DNA of 63,996 bases, counting the filler, from Craspedostauros australis (taxonomy: Eukaryota), in NCBI GenBank assembly GCA_030167865.1. It is 14 parts of 14 records of this genome, joined end to end, with 100 filler letters (N's around TTAATTAATTAA, not from the genome) between each part and the next. Parts side by side here need not be neighbours in the genome. Positions count along the whole stretch, not along the records: positions 7,162 to 24,836 come from JALAGF010004190.1; positions 24,937 to 32,523 come from JALAGF010004191.1; 12 more parts are not named here. One strand, 5' to 3'. Each line of letters opens with the position of its first letter. Position 1 is the stretch's first letter. Shown one piece after another: positions 21,560-30,504 of this stretch. The translations under genes were made by a program, and so were the position numbers. The notes beneath the pieces were generated by a model. That model was given only the letters and a program-made list of their open reading frames with translations, did no database searches and had not been told where the DNA came from.

Positions 21560-22765
21560 ATGAGAACTCATCTTGCGTCCGCACTCGCATCATCATCGTT
21601 GCTGTGCCTCGGCATAGTCGTACTGCATCACCAACTGTTGCCAGTGGATTCACTTGCATGGTCATCGTCTCTACCAGCATCATCGTCACTATCATCGTCA
21701 TCTTCGTTGTCAAGAACATCACACACACCGACGTCATCGACATTGCGTGCCACCAATGGAGAATCTGCTGCTCACCAAACCGAAGGATCATCGGCGTCAA
21801 CGACGGCTGCGGTCAATGGCAGTTCACAAGATAAACAAGCGGAAGATGATGAAGAACAGGAGATACAACGGCTCAATATTGCCTTTGTCACAGGGAATCG
21901 AATGAAGGTAAGGTCCATCAATCAAAATACATGAATGGATGGATGCATCGTCACGTCCATGTACCAAAATACACTGGAACTGGTACACTATTGGGACATA
22001 TTCCACAATCGCTCACTCGACTACCAGCCACACCAAATTCTATTTCATCTGCGACACTGCGCGGCGCTCCTGTTTTCTCGTATGGCAACCAACCAACCAA
22101 CCAACACACACATAATTCCGCATCAGGTCCGCGAACTCGAAATGATCCTGGCCGAACACGACGCACCCACGCGCGGCGCCGATCCCGACTCCTCCATCGT
22201 CAACCTGCGCATCATCCACGTCGATTTGCCCGAGATTCAAGAAATCGACACGCAGGCCATCGCCAAGGCAAAGGCCATCCTGGCTTCGCAGCTCGCGGGC
22301 GGTCCCTGCCTCGTCGAAGATACCTCCCTCAAATTCAACGCGCTCGGCGGCATGCCGGGACCCTACATCAAGTGGTTCCAGGAGAAATTGAAAAGCGAAG
22401 GTCTCTGCAACATCCTGGCGGCCTACGACGACAAATCCGCGCAGGCCGTGTGCACGTTGGCCTTTTGTCCTTACCCGCATGCGGATCCCGTCCTCTTCAC
22501 GGGTGAGACGAATGGGACCATCGTCGAGCCTGTGCCGGGACGCGGATTTGGGTGGGATGGCATCTTCGTGCCGGACGATTGCGATGTGCCCTTCAGCTGC
22601 ATGACGACGCAAGAGAAGAATGCATTGAGCCATCGCGGCAAGGCGGTGCGCAAGTGGGCGGAATGGATCGGCGTCAATCGTGACGAATTGTTGGCGCGGC
22701 AAGGTGGTCGACCCGCGATAGGGCACAAGGGGTTGGACTTCAAATGCGTCACGCCGGAGCAGTAG
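21560..22765 (+). CDS. ITPA: Inosine triphosphate pyrophosphatase (Ham1/ITPA) with an N-terminal targeting presequence
   Basis: Exons 21560-21907 and 22127-22765 (GTAAGG..CAG intron) join FVTGNRMK|VRELE. Motifs DLPEIQ, VEDTSL, GGMPGPYIKWF, FGWD and SHR. Signal peptide followed by SLAW and a Ser-rich transit-like region. Confidence 0.92.
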
Positions 22766-23195
22766 GCGGCATGTTCTCCGTCTGTCTGTCTTTCTTGGGT
22801 GGTCAGTGGTTTGAGTCGGTTGCGATGAGACATGCACGTGAAGGATGCACTATCGTGTGTTTATGGTAGTCGTCCCATACGTCTATGCCAGTCAAGAGGA
22901 AAGAGTGGTATGATCGATGGAGACAACTTCTACTCAACGACCAAACATTTCAAGCAGCAATAATGACGCTCTAACAACAGTCATAATATGCCGCAACATT
23001 TTCTCAACTTTTTCTTCATTGATATCTTGCTTGTTGGTGCGATTGCTCTTATGTGTCGAGTACTCTCTCTCTCTCTCTCTCTCTCTCTCGAGTACTTGAT
23101 GAATCGATTGCACTCTGCCATGTCTGTACTGCTCTGCTATTTACCGCGTTCAGATTTCCATCTCCATTCGCATCCATTCACACTCGCATTCATAT

Positions 23196-24026
23196 TCACA
23201 TGGTTCCAAATACGTACCCAGCATACGCACTGAACAGATGCCACAACGAATGCAGCACGATGTATGGCATGCCAGCCTCCCAAATCCAGCAGCTGAATAG
23301 AAAGCCCACTCCCATGGTGGACGTCACAACACCATCCATTGGCAATGCCAGGACGAAGGCGTCAATCGGCAACGGCGAATTCACAAACGCCGCGATGCCC
23401 GTCGCGAAGATGGTGCCGAAGGCAAACACGTAGTCCACCATCAATGCCAACCGCACCGTCTTATCTTCAACGACGGTGTTGTCTTGCGCGAAGACTTCCA
23501 ATTGCGTGTAATGATACACGAAGCTCGCGACGCTGGTGAATTCCACCAACATTCCCAAGAACCAGTTTTGAGGCAAGATGAGGACGCCGACGATGGAGTA
23601 TGCCAGGTTGGTGGCCAGGAAGGCTTGACCCACCGTCGTGCGGGAGGTTTCGGGGAAGAGGTTGGCGTAGTTCAATGCCCATCCATCCGTAATGTCGTCA
23701 AGAAACTCTTGGGCTGGCGATAGCGCATTCTGTGTGGTCGTGAGAACAATGTCGAAGGGCGAGACTATGGTGGTGGGTGCCGTCTCGACGTTTTCATTTG
23801 ACTGTTGGTGCAGGATGCAGGAATGTGGTCTGGGTTGGTTGCGTTTGCATTCGTAGGAGCATCCGTGTGTCAGTCCCTGGCGATGAGGCAGGACCTTGCC
23901 AAACCGGGCAGCTGGCGTGACGACCGAAAACGCCGTGCAAGTGCTACTGCCACCCAGGATGACAGCGACCATCATCGCCATCATCCACATTCGAGTCGTC
24001 GTCGTCGTCACCATCAGCGTCGTCAT
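23196..24026 (-). CDS. Probably plastid-targeted multi-TM protein with CREST-superfamily-like metal motifs
   Basis: Signal peptide plus CTAF (ASAFAP-like). Hydrophobic helices carry SFVYH (SxxxH), VDY and HSLWH (HxxxH). Confidence 0.6.
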   Translation of the reverse strand: MTTLMVTTTTTRMWMMAMMVAVILGGSSTCTAFSVVTPAARFGKVLPHRQGLTHGCSYECKRNQPRPHSCILHQQSNENVETAPTTIVSPFDIVLTTTQNALSPAQEFLDDITDGWALNYANLFPETSRTTVGQAFLATNLAYSIVGVLILPQNWFLGMLVEFTSVASFVYHYTQLEVFAQDNTVVEDKTVRLALMVDYVFAFGTIFATGIAAFVNSPLPIDAFVLALPMDGVVTSTMGVGFLFSCWIWEAGMPYIVLHSLWHLFSAYAGYVFGTM

Positions 24027-24665
24027 GTTCTTTTTTGTGGCAAATGGAAGGTCGTTTATTGTTACTGCTCAATAATGCAATCCCATCAAAGTGCGGAGGA
24101 TTCAGTTGTGGAAAAGAGCACTGCTCGCACAAGAGAGAGCTGCTTTTGATTGACTCTCTCTGCCTGCCTTTTTGCGAACCTCTGTTGAAGTTTTCACTGG
24201 ACCGAGAGATGATCGAATGCCCATTCTTTGCACACTCTCATTTTCTTCCAAACCACTTCGGGCCATTGTCGATGTTGACGTTGGTGGTGATGTCAACGTG
24301 ACAGTTTTTCCAATGACACAACAACGAATGAGAAAACTGGTCATTTGACGGATCCGCACGATCGAATTGCGGATTGGAAAGACGGGACTCGAGCAAATGG
24401 TAAAACTTGATACTTAGTCGTATGAGTCATTGTCTCTGTAGACGCTGGTACATTTTGTACGTCAGTCCCACGCGAAGGGGCCAAAAACCACCTTTGTGCC
24501 CTAGACGGCAGGCTAGATAGACTATTGGTGACACAAGAACTAGACTTGTGTACAATAGATACTAGTCATCAATAAGTCACCCAAGCAATCACATTGCCAG
24601 TCACACCTACGAGTCGTGTTAACAGTCAATCAAGACTGACGAGTCGTGAATCAAAATTGTAATCA

Positions 24666-24768
24666 GATTAGTCAAGACTCAAACTGAAGTCGGATGAGTC
24701 AAGGTTCCAACTGGAAGTCTGATTAGTCAAAGCTCCAGTTGGAAGAATGATTGGTCAAGATTCAATCG
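24666..24768 (+). repeat. Degenerate 27-28-bp minisatellite, about 4 units
   Basis: GATTAGTCAAG-like units start at 24666, 24693, 24721 and 24749. Confidence 0.7.
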
Positions 24769-24941
24769 TAAAAATATTTGCATATGAAAGGAATATCGCC
24801 ATCCAAACCCTGACCTCCATCCAAAACGAGAAGTCTNNNNNNNNNNNNNNNNNNNNNNNNNNNNNNNNNNNNNNNNNNNNTTAATTAATTAANNNNNNNN
24901 NNNNNNNNNNNNNNNNNNNNNNNNNNNNNNNNNNNNTCGGG

Positions 24942-27062
24942 ATGGCCATCGGGCACTTCATCGCTGATGACCATACCTGTCTGGTCCGCCTCTCTGCCAA
25001 GTCGGAGGACGGCCACACTTTGCTATGTGCCAACCTGGCCGGTGAGTGCCGCCGCAGCAACCACCACGCCCTCCGTCGCGACCCAACCCGCCGGGGCCTT
25101 GCCGGGGTATATCAATGCCTCGACACCACTACGCTCGGCGGAGCGCCTCGTCGCGACCTCATCGAAGGCAGCCACCAGAGCCAAGCCGCGTACGACTCTA
25201 CGCGGGCCTCCGCATTACGCGATCTGGAAGCTGTCGGCCAAATGGACACCACCGCCCCTGCCGAACGCAACGACAGCGATGTCAAAACGGCGGGAGTGGT
25301 CGGCTTCGACCTCGACGTCAAACCAACGGGCCGTCCCGACACTGACCCGATGCCAACCCCACCGGTTCGCGTCAAGACCGACCCCGCGGCTCTGCCCCCG
25401 ACGCTCCATCATGCGCCGCCACCCAACCTCTCAACCATCCCGGCGGTGAAACCCGATCCCGCAATCCCACGCCCAGGTCTATCCTTCAGCCAGGGAACAA
25501 ACCTGTCTCCTCCTGCCTTGGCCACCACCGCAGCCGACGCACTCATGCATGTGGTGCGCCACCAAGCGTCTCTCAACCGAGAAGCAATGGAGGTGCACCA
25601 GCGCAAGACCGAGGAGACCACACACGCCATGCTGCGAGCTCTCGCAACCCAACAAGCACAGATCACACAGCTGATCCAACACGGGCGTCCCTCTACGCGC
25701 CCCACGCCTGTAACCTCTCCCTTCCCTGCTCCGGCTCCGGTCCCCACCACCGCGTGGTATGTGGCCATCGATGGCCGACGCCCAGGGGTGTACACCTCTG
25801 CGGCCGAAGCAATCTCCCAAGCCAGCCACGGGAGCGCAGCTCGCGTACTCCTCTGCGCAACCCACGCCGAAGCCGTAGCCTACCTCCAGGCATCTGCCCC
25901 AGCAGCGCCCAGCTACCACCAACCGGCCCCGCAATACCAGCCACACTCGGCCGAAGACACGCCCCCCGTATACCCACGAAACGCACCAGTCGAGTCCTCC
26001 CCGGCCTCTGACCCCCGTCCTGATCGCGCCCCGTCTGGCTCTGCCAGCATGGGCATCGAGAAGTTCTTAGGAGAAGACCCGTCAAAGGGAGACAAGAAGC
26101 TGATCTTTGGTGAGACCATCGACAACGAGCGCCGCATGCTCAAGCATCTGGCCCCACCGCACGCCAGCCACGAAGTCCAGACCGAGCTCGCTAAGGCAGC
26201 AATCGACGTTACCAGCCAACCAGGTAAGGTCACCGACGAACGCACCTCCATCGAAGAACTCGCCTCCGCCTTCGGAGACATCCGCAACCAGACCGCCCGC
26301 TCCGCCGGCCTCATCGCCGCAGACACCAACTGGCGCACCAAGACCCGCCACGCCCTCGGTCGCATCAAGTCCTCCGAAGACCTCAGCGAACTCGCGGGTG
26401 ACTTCAACAGCATCCGCGACGACGTGATGACTCGCTATCTCAACGATGTGAGTCACATCCTCCGCCACGGCTGCTACTCCGACGAGCAGATCACCATCTA
26501 CCAACAAGGCGGAGGATGGGTCGCTGTCCTCAAGCTCTTCCTCTCTTTCTACCACGAGCTCCTGCTCAAGGTCCAAGAGGAAGCGTTCAAGACCACGGAT
26601 GGATGGGACGAGTCAGCCTGTGTATACATCGAACACTACTCCAAGGCACTCTTTGACGCGCGCAACTTCGCCTCCTCGCGCAACCTCATGATCTTCCGCA
26701 CCTACATCATCGTGCGTGAAGGAGCGCGAGGCGGTTGGTGCAATCTCAAGATCCTTGAGAAGTTCCAACAACGCGCCGTCCGCACTCTCGGATCGAACCC
26801 GACACCAAAAGGGGACGCCGACAACTCTCCCTCCGATATGGGCAGAAAGAAGTGCAAGCACTGTGGCGGGTCCAACAAGGTCCACGAGATCCGGGACAGT
26901 GGGTGCCCCTTCGGGTACCTCTTCAAAAAGAAGGTGGCCATGGCAAAAGCCAAACAGGTCGCGAAGAGCGTCAACCAAGGCGAGAAGGCCGCCGACGTGA
27001 TCACACGCATTCTGCAGGAAGCAATTTCGAAGCGCGGAGGCGGAGAAGAGGATGATGCCTAA
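24942..27062 (+). CDS. ORF1, Gag-like, with an RNase H1 N-terminal (Cauli_VI) hybrid-binding domain and a CCHC-like knuckle
   Basis: WYVAIDGRRPGVYTSAAEA...ATHAEAVAYL at about 25755-25886, and CKHCGGSNKVHEIRDSGC near the C-terminus. The frame is open to the contig edge, so the ORF may be 5'-partial. Confidence 0.75.
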   Translation: MAIGHFIADDHTCLVRLSAKSEDGHTLLCANLAGECRRSNHHALRRDPTRRGLAGVYQCLDTTTLGGAPRRDLIEGSHQSQAAYDSTRASALRDLEAVGQMDTTAPAERNDSDVKTAGVVGFDLDVKPTGRPDTDPMPTPPVRVKTDPAALPPTLHHAPPPNLSTIPAVKPDPAIPRPGLSFSQGTNLSPPALATTAADALMHVVRHQASLNREAMEVHQRKTEETTHAMLRALATQQAQITQLIQHGRPSTRPTPVTSPFPAPAPVPTTAWYVAIDGRRPGVYTSAAEAISQASHGSAARVLLCATHAEAVAYLQASAPAAPSYHQPAPQYQPHSAEDTPPVYPRNAPVESSPASDPRPDRAPSGSASMGIEKFLGEDPSKGDKKLIFGETIDNERRMLKHLAPPHASHEVQTELAKAAIDVTSQPGKVTDERTSIEELASAFGDIRNQTARSAGLIAADTNWRTKTRHALGRIKSSEDLSELAGDFNSIRDDVMTRYLNDVSHILRHGCYSDEQITIYQQGGGWVAVLKLFLSFYHELLLKVQEEAFKTTDGWDESACVYIEHYSKALFDARNFASSRNLMIFRTYIIVREGARGGWCNLKILEKFQQRAVRTLGSNPTPKGDADNSPSDMGRKKCKHCGGSNKVHEIRDSGCPFGYLFKKKVAMAKAKQVAKSVNQGEKAADVITRILQEAISKRGGGEEDDA

Positions 27063-30000
27063 CCCTGTGTTTGTTTTGATTCTACCCTCTCTGTGCTCTC
27101 CACAACTCGTGCCAACCTCCACACCAACCAACACGGCCACTGACACCACGAACATCACGAACACCACAGACCCACACACCGATACCCAGACCGCTCCGAG
27201 CGACGAACTACTGAGCCATAAACTAGTAGACATCGTCGCAATATCCAAACAACAACTCCCCCAGTCCTCTGCTTGTTCTTTGCGTTATGCAACGCTGAAC
27301 TTCGGTCTGCACATGACTAGCAGCATCTGGCCAGCTTTCGAGCATGTCCTCTGCACCCACGACGATGGCCTACCCCAAGCCTTCCGAACCTACCCGGAAT
27401 CGACTCAATACCTCGGGGCGACGGCAAGAGTGTCCCACCGGATTTTGAACAAAATTCCAGTGGACTTTCTGATCGCTCACGGGGTACGAGGCACGGAATG
27501 GCGCGATTGGGTCCTCCACTGTCGAACCGATCTACGACCTCGACTAATCATCGAGATATGGACTGGGTCAGATATGGGGTGGGTACAACATGCAGCCTCT
27601 AAGCGAGAGTGTAAGCTCTGGACAGACCTCGGATATGGAACCCAGATCAAGACCCTACCCAATCAACGAATGGGCGGCGTGGTATCAGTGACGTACACGG
27701 TGGTGGTGAGGGCGGCAACAACGTGGACGGCATCTGGCATCGAATGGCCAGACCTCCAACCTGCATCTGAACGAAGCATGGCGAATTGTCTTCGTCACTG
27801 TGGAGTTCCGCGAAGATGCTATATAACGAAGAGCAACACCCAGCTGATCATCGACAGCGCGACATCCGCAATGCCGATGGACCGGCTCACCCTTATTCAG
27901 ACGGATAGAGGCGTCCGACGCCTCTTTCCAGACGAACTGGGGAAGGCCCTGGGTAGCTCGCTCCCCGGAGAGACGCTCAGGCATGTGAAATGGCGAGTGC
28001 TTTTCCACACTCCGTCACAACACCTGCTTGAGTACCTCTCCACACCGCTGGTGGTTTTGGCTACCCAAAACCACCAGCATCTCGAACACTCCCAACCCAC
28101 GACACGACCGACAAGACGACGACGACAACGACGACGACAACGACGACATCCCCAGCTCCAAACCAATCTCCAGGACGCCAACGACGACGAGCTATCATAC
28201 CAATGGGCCCCACCTGACCTATCTCCTGACGGCGACTGGCACCAACAACGCATACACAACCTACGAACAGCATGCGCACACTATGGTGACCGATCTCCGT
28301 CCTTATTCAAAGACGGAATCGAAGACTTACGCATCCATCGCACCAACTACACCGATACTCACCCTGATCCCAAACAGCTACGAGTGCTCTGGTGGGAATT
28401 TCCCCAACAACACTGGGACCACCTACGCGAAGGGAGTCCGATGAATTTTTTGGACACCCCGGAATTTGGCTATCACGACAACAACGACATGACTCCGGAG
28501 CAACAACAAGTGGCAGCAGACTTCGTTGACGAGCTTCTCAACCTTGGCGTCGTCGAACCGCAAGACCCCCTCCATCCAGTGGTCGTCAATGCTCCGTTAT
28601 TCGCCCTTCCCAAACCAATGCAACCTGATCAGTGGCGCATCATCGCCAATATGCGCGAGAACCGGGCGAACGAATTTATTGGGGCTGATCCGACCATCTT
28701 CCCAAAAAGCCGTGACATTTTGAAACAAATGTACCATGGTGGCTGGTCAGCGGTCGTTGACGCCTCAAAATATTTCTATCAATTCCGAACTCGCCCCGAC
28801 GAACGACGATTTCTCGGTATCCAGCACCCAATTTCGAAAGAAATGTACCAATACGCTGGACTACCGATGGGATCTAGCCAATCTCCGGCGATCGCATGCA
28901 AATTCGGCGCAGCCTTCCTCCGGCTACTGCGAGAACGCTCCACGCTCTACCAAGGGGACCACCAAGCCAACATGTGGTGGACGGCGTTCGACCAAGGACT
29001 CGACTACGACCACACTATGGGACAAGGAATTGTCGCCATCGGACCGGACGGACTACCAGCTGCCCTCGCATGGGCCCACTGCGATGACTTCATCATCCAT
29101 GGGCCCACCCGCCGCAAGACCACAGCAGCCCTTTCCGCATTCCTCGATCTATCGGTAGATTGCGGTCTGCTCTGCCACCCCGGCAAATTGACCCCACCTA
29201 ACCAGGTCGTCAAATACACAGGGCTCATCTTCGACACAACCGCCACGCCACGTCTCCGAATACCAACACTCAAACGAGACAAAATCGTCGCAGTGATGGA
29301 TTACGTCGAAGCCGCACCTACCCGAGTCTCCCGACTTGCCCTCGTGGTCCTGGCCGGCATGCTGGAGAGCGTGGCCGAAGCCACCCCATCGTACCTCGGC
29401 CGCAACTACCTGCGGTCCCTCTACGCGCTCGTACACCCAAGTGAGTGGGATCAACCCGACTTGCCATACTTCAGCTACACCACCATCACCCCGGCGGTCA
29501 TGCAAGACCTCCAATGGTGGCGCTCGGCACTCACCAACGACACAGCGCGGAGCGGTCGCGCAACTCGCACAGGCATCCTGGTGAGCAGCTTCGGCGACGG
29601 CAGTGGCACTGGCACTGGTGGGACCATCATCTTCCCGCATCAACCCTCTCACATGTGGATGGGCACCTGGTCCTCCCTCGTAGCAACCCGGCGTTCCTCC
29701 AACTGGAAAGAGCTACGCACTCTGCTCAGCACTCTGGAACAAGTGGCAAACAACCCCACATCCGCCGCAGACGTCTTCGGAGCCACTTTCTTTTACTTCA
29801 CGGACAACATGTGCACCTACTGCGTCGTCGACGGAGGCACCTCCACATCACCGGAACTACACAAACTGGTCTGGAAGATCAAGCAAGTCGAGCTTCGCCT
29901 ATCTTGTCACCTTCAGGTCATCCACATCCCCGGCACGGCCATCATCACAGAAGGAACCGACGGACTCAGCCGCGGGATATGGATCAACGCCGCCCATCAA

Positions 30001-30504
30001 CGACCGACGTCGACCCAAATCTTGGCCGCATGCCTAGCGCCGGCACCGCTCAAACAACATCACGTCGCCCACATCACCTCGCTCGCTTTCCCCGGCTCCC
30101 TCACACGTCCACTACTCTGTCGATGGGATCGCCCATGGGACTCACAGAAGTGCATGAACCACATCACCCTGTGGGCGCCACCTCCAGAACTGGCATACCA
30201 ACTGATCTACTTCCTGCTGGGGTGCTGGGCGGAACAACCAATGAGCACAGGATTCGTCATCCTCGTCCCAAGAGTTCTCCAACGCACCTACGTCCGTCTG
30301 TCCCGTCATCTCGTCCGGGTTGGGGTGTTCACCAACGACGATCTGCGTCTCTCCTCTACCTCTCCTCTCAACATTCCTCACCTACTCCTCCGTGTCTCTC
30401 CCCACACTCGTTCTCTCAACCCTCCCAGACTGGACTTTACTCCCCGCTCCAGGAATCGACGGCATCACCAACGGATCGCCGAGCATTTGCACGGGCTGCG
30501 CTAA
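27052..30504 (+). CDS. ORF2 Pol: degenerate C5-MTase-like domain + reverse transcriptase + RNase H + Dam-like MT domain
   Basis: RT: PLFALPK..WRIIAN, VDASKYFYQF, LPMGSSQSP, HCDDF, YTGLIFDT. RNase H: GDGSG, SNWKEL, FTDN, HIPG..TDGLSR. MT: LWAPPP..VILVP. Confidence 0.9.
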   Translation: MMPNPVFVLILPSLCSPQLVPTSTPTNTATDTTNITNTTDPHTDTQTAPSDELLSHKLVDIVAISKQQLPQSSACSLRYATLNFGLHMTSSIWPAFEHVLCTHDDGLPQAFRTYPESTQYLGATARVSHRILNKIPVDFLIAHGVRGTEWRDWVLHCRTDLRPRLIIEIWTGSDMGWVQHAASKRECKLWTDLGYGTQIKTLPNQRMGGVVSVTYTVVVRAATTWTASGIEWPDLQPASERSMANCLRHCGVPRRCYITKSNTQLIIDSATSAMPMDRLTLIQTDRGVRRLFPDELGKALGSSLPGETLRHVKWRVLFHTPSQHLLEYLSTPLVVLATQNHQHLEHSQPTTRPTRRRRQRRRQRRHPQLQTNLQDANDDELSYQWAPPDLSPDGDWHQQRIHNLRTACAHYGDRSPSLFKDGIEDLRIHRTNYTDTHPDPKQLRVLWWEFPQQHWDHLREGSPMNFLDTPEFGYHDNNDMTPEQQQVAADFVDELLNLGVVEPQDPLHPVVVNAPLFALPKPMQPDQWRIIANMRENRANEFIGADPTIFPKSRDILKQMYHGGWSAVVDASKYFYQFRTRPDERRFLGIQHPISKEMYQYAGLPMGSSQSPAIACKFGAAFLRLLRERSTLYQGDHQANMWWTAFDQGLDYDHTMGQGIVAIGPDGLPAALAWAHCDDFIIHGPTRRKTTAALSAFLDLSVDCGLLCHPGKLTPPNQVVKYTGLIFDTTATPRLRIPTLKRDKIVAVMDYVEAAPTRVSRLALVVLAGMLESVAEATPSYLGRNYLRSLYALVHPSEWDQPDLPYFSYTTITPAVMQDLQWWRSALTNDTARSGRATRTGILVSSFGDGSGTGTGGTIIFPHQPSHMWMGTWSSLVATRRSSNWKELRTLLSTLEQVANNPTSAADVFGATFFYFTDNMCTYCVVDGGTSTSPELHKLVWKIKQVELRLSCHLQVIHIPGTAIITEGTDGLSRGIWINAAHQRPTSTQILAACLAPAPLKQHHVAHITSLAFPGSLTRPLLCRWDRPWDSQKCMNHITLWAPPPELAYQLIYFLLGCWAEQPMSTGFVILVPRVLQRTYVRLSRHLVRVGVFTNDDLRLSSTSPLNIPHLLLRVSPHTRSLNPPRLDFTPRSRNRRHHQRIAEHLHGLR

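Noticed and set aside
14060..23090. Microsatellites such as (ATATG)n, (GGTT)n, (CATC)n and (TC)n
   Set aside because: Ordinary intergenic simple repeats.
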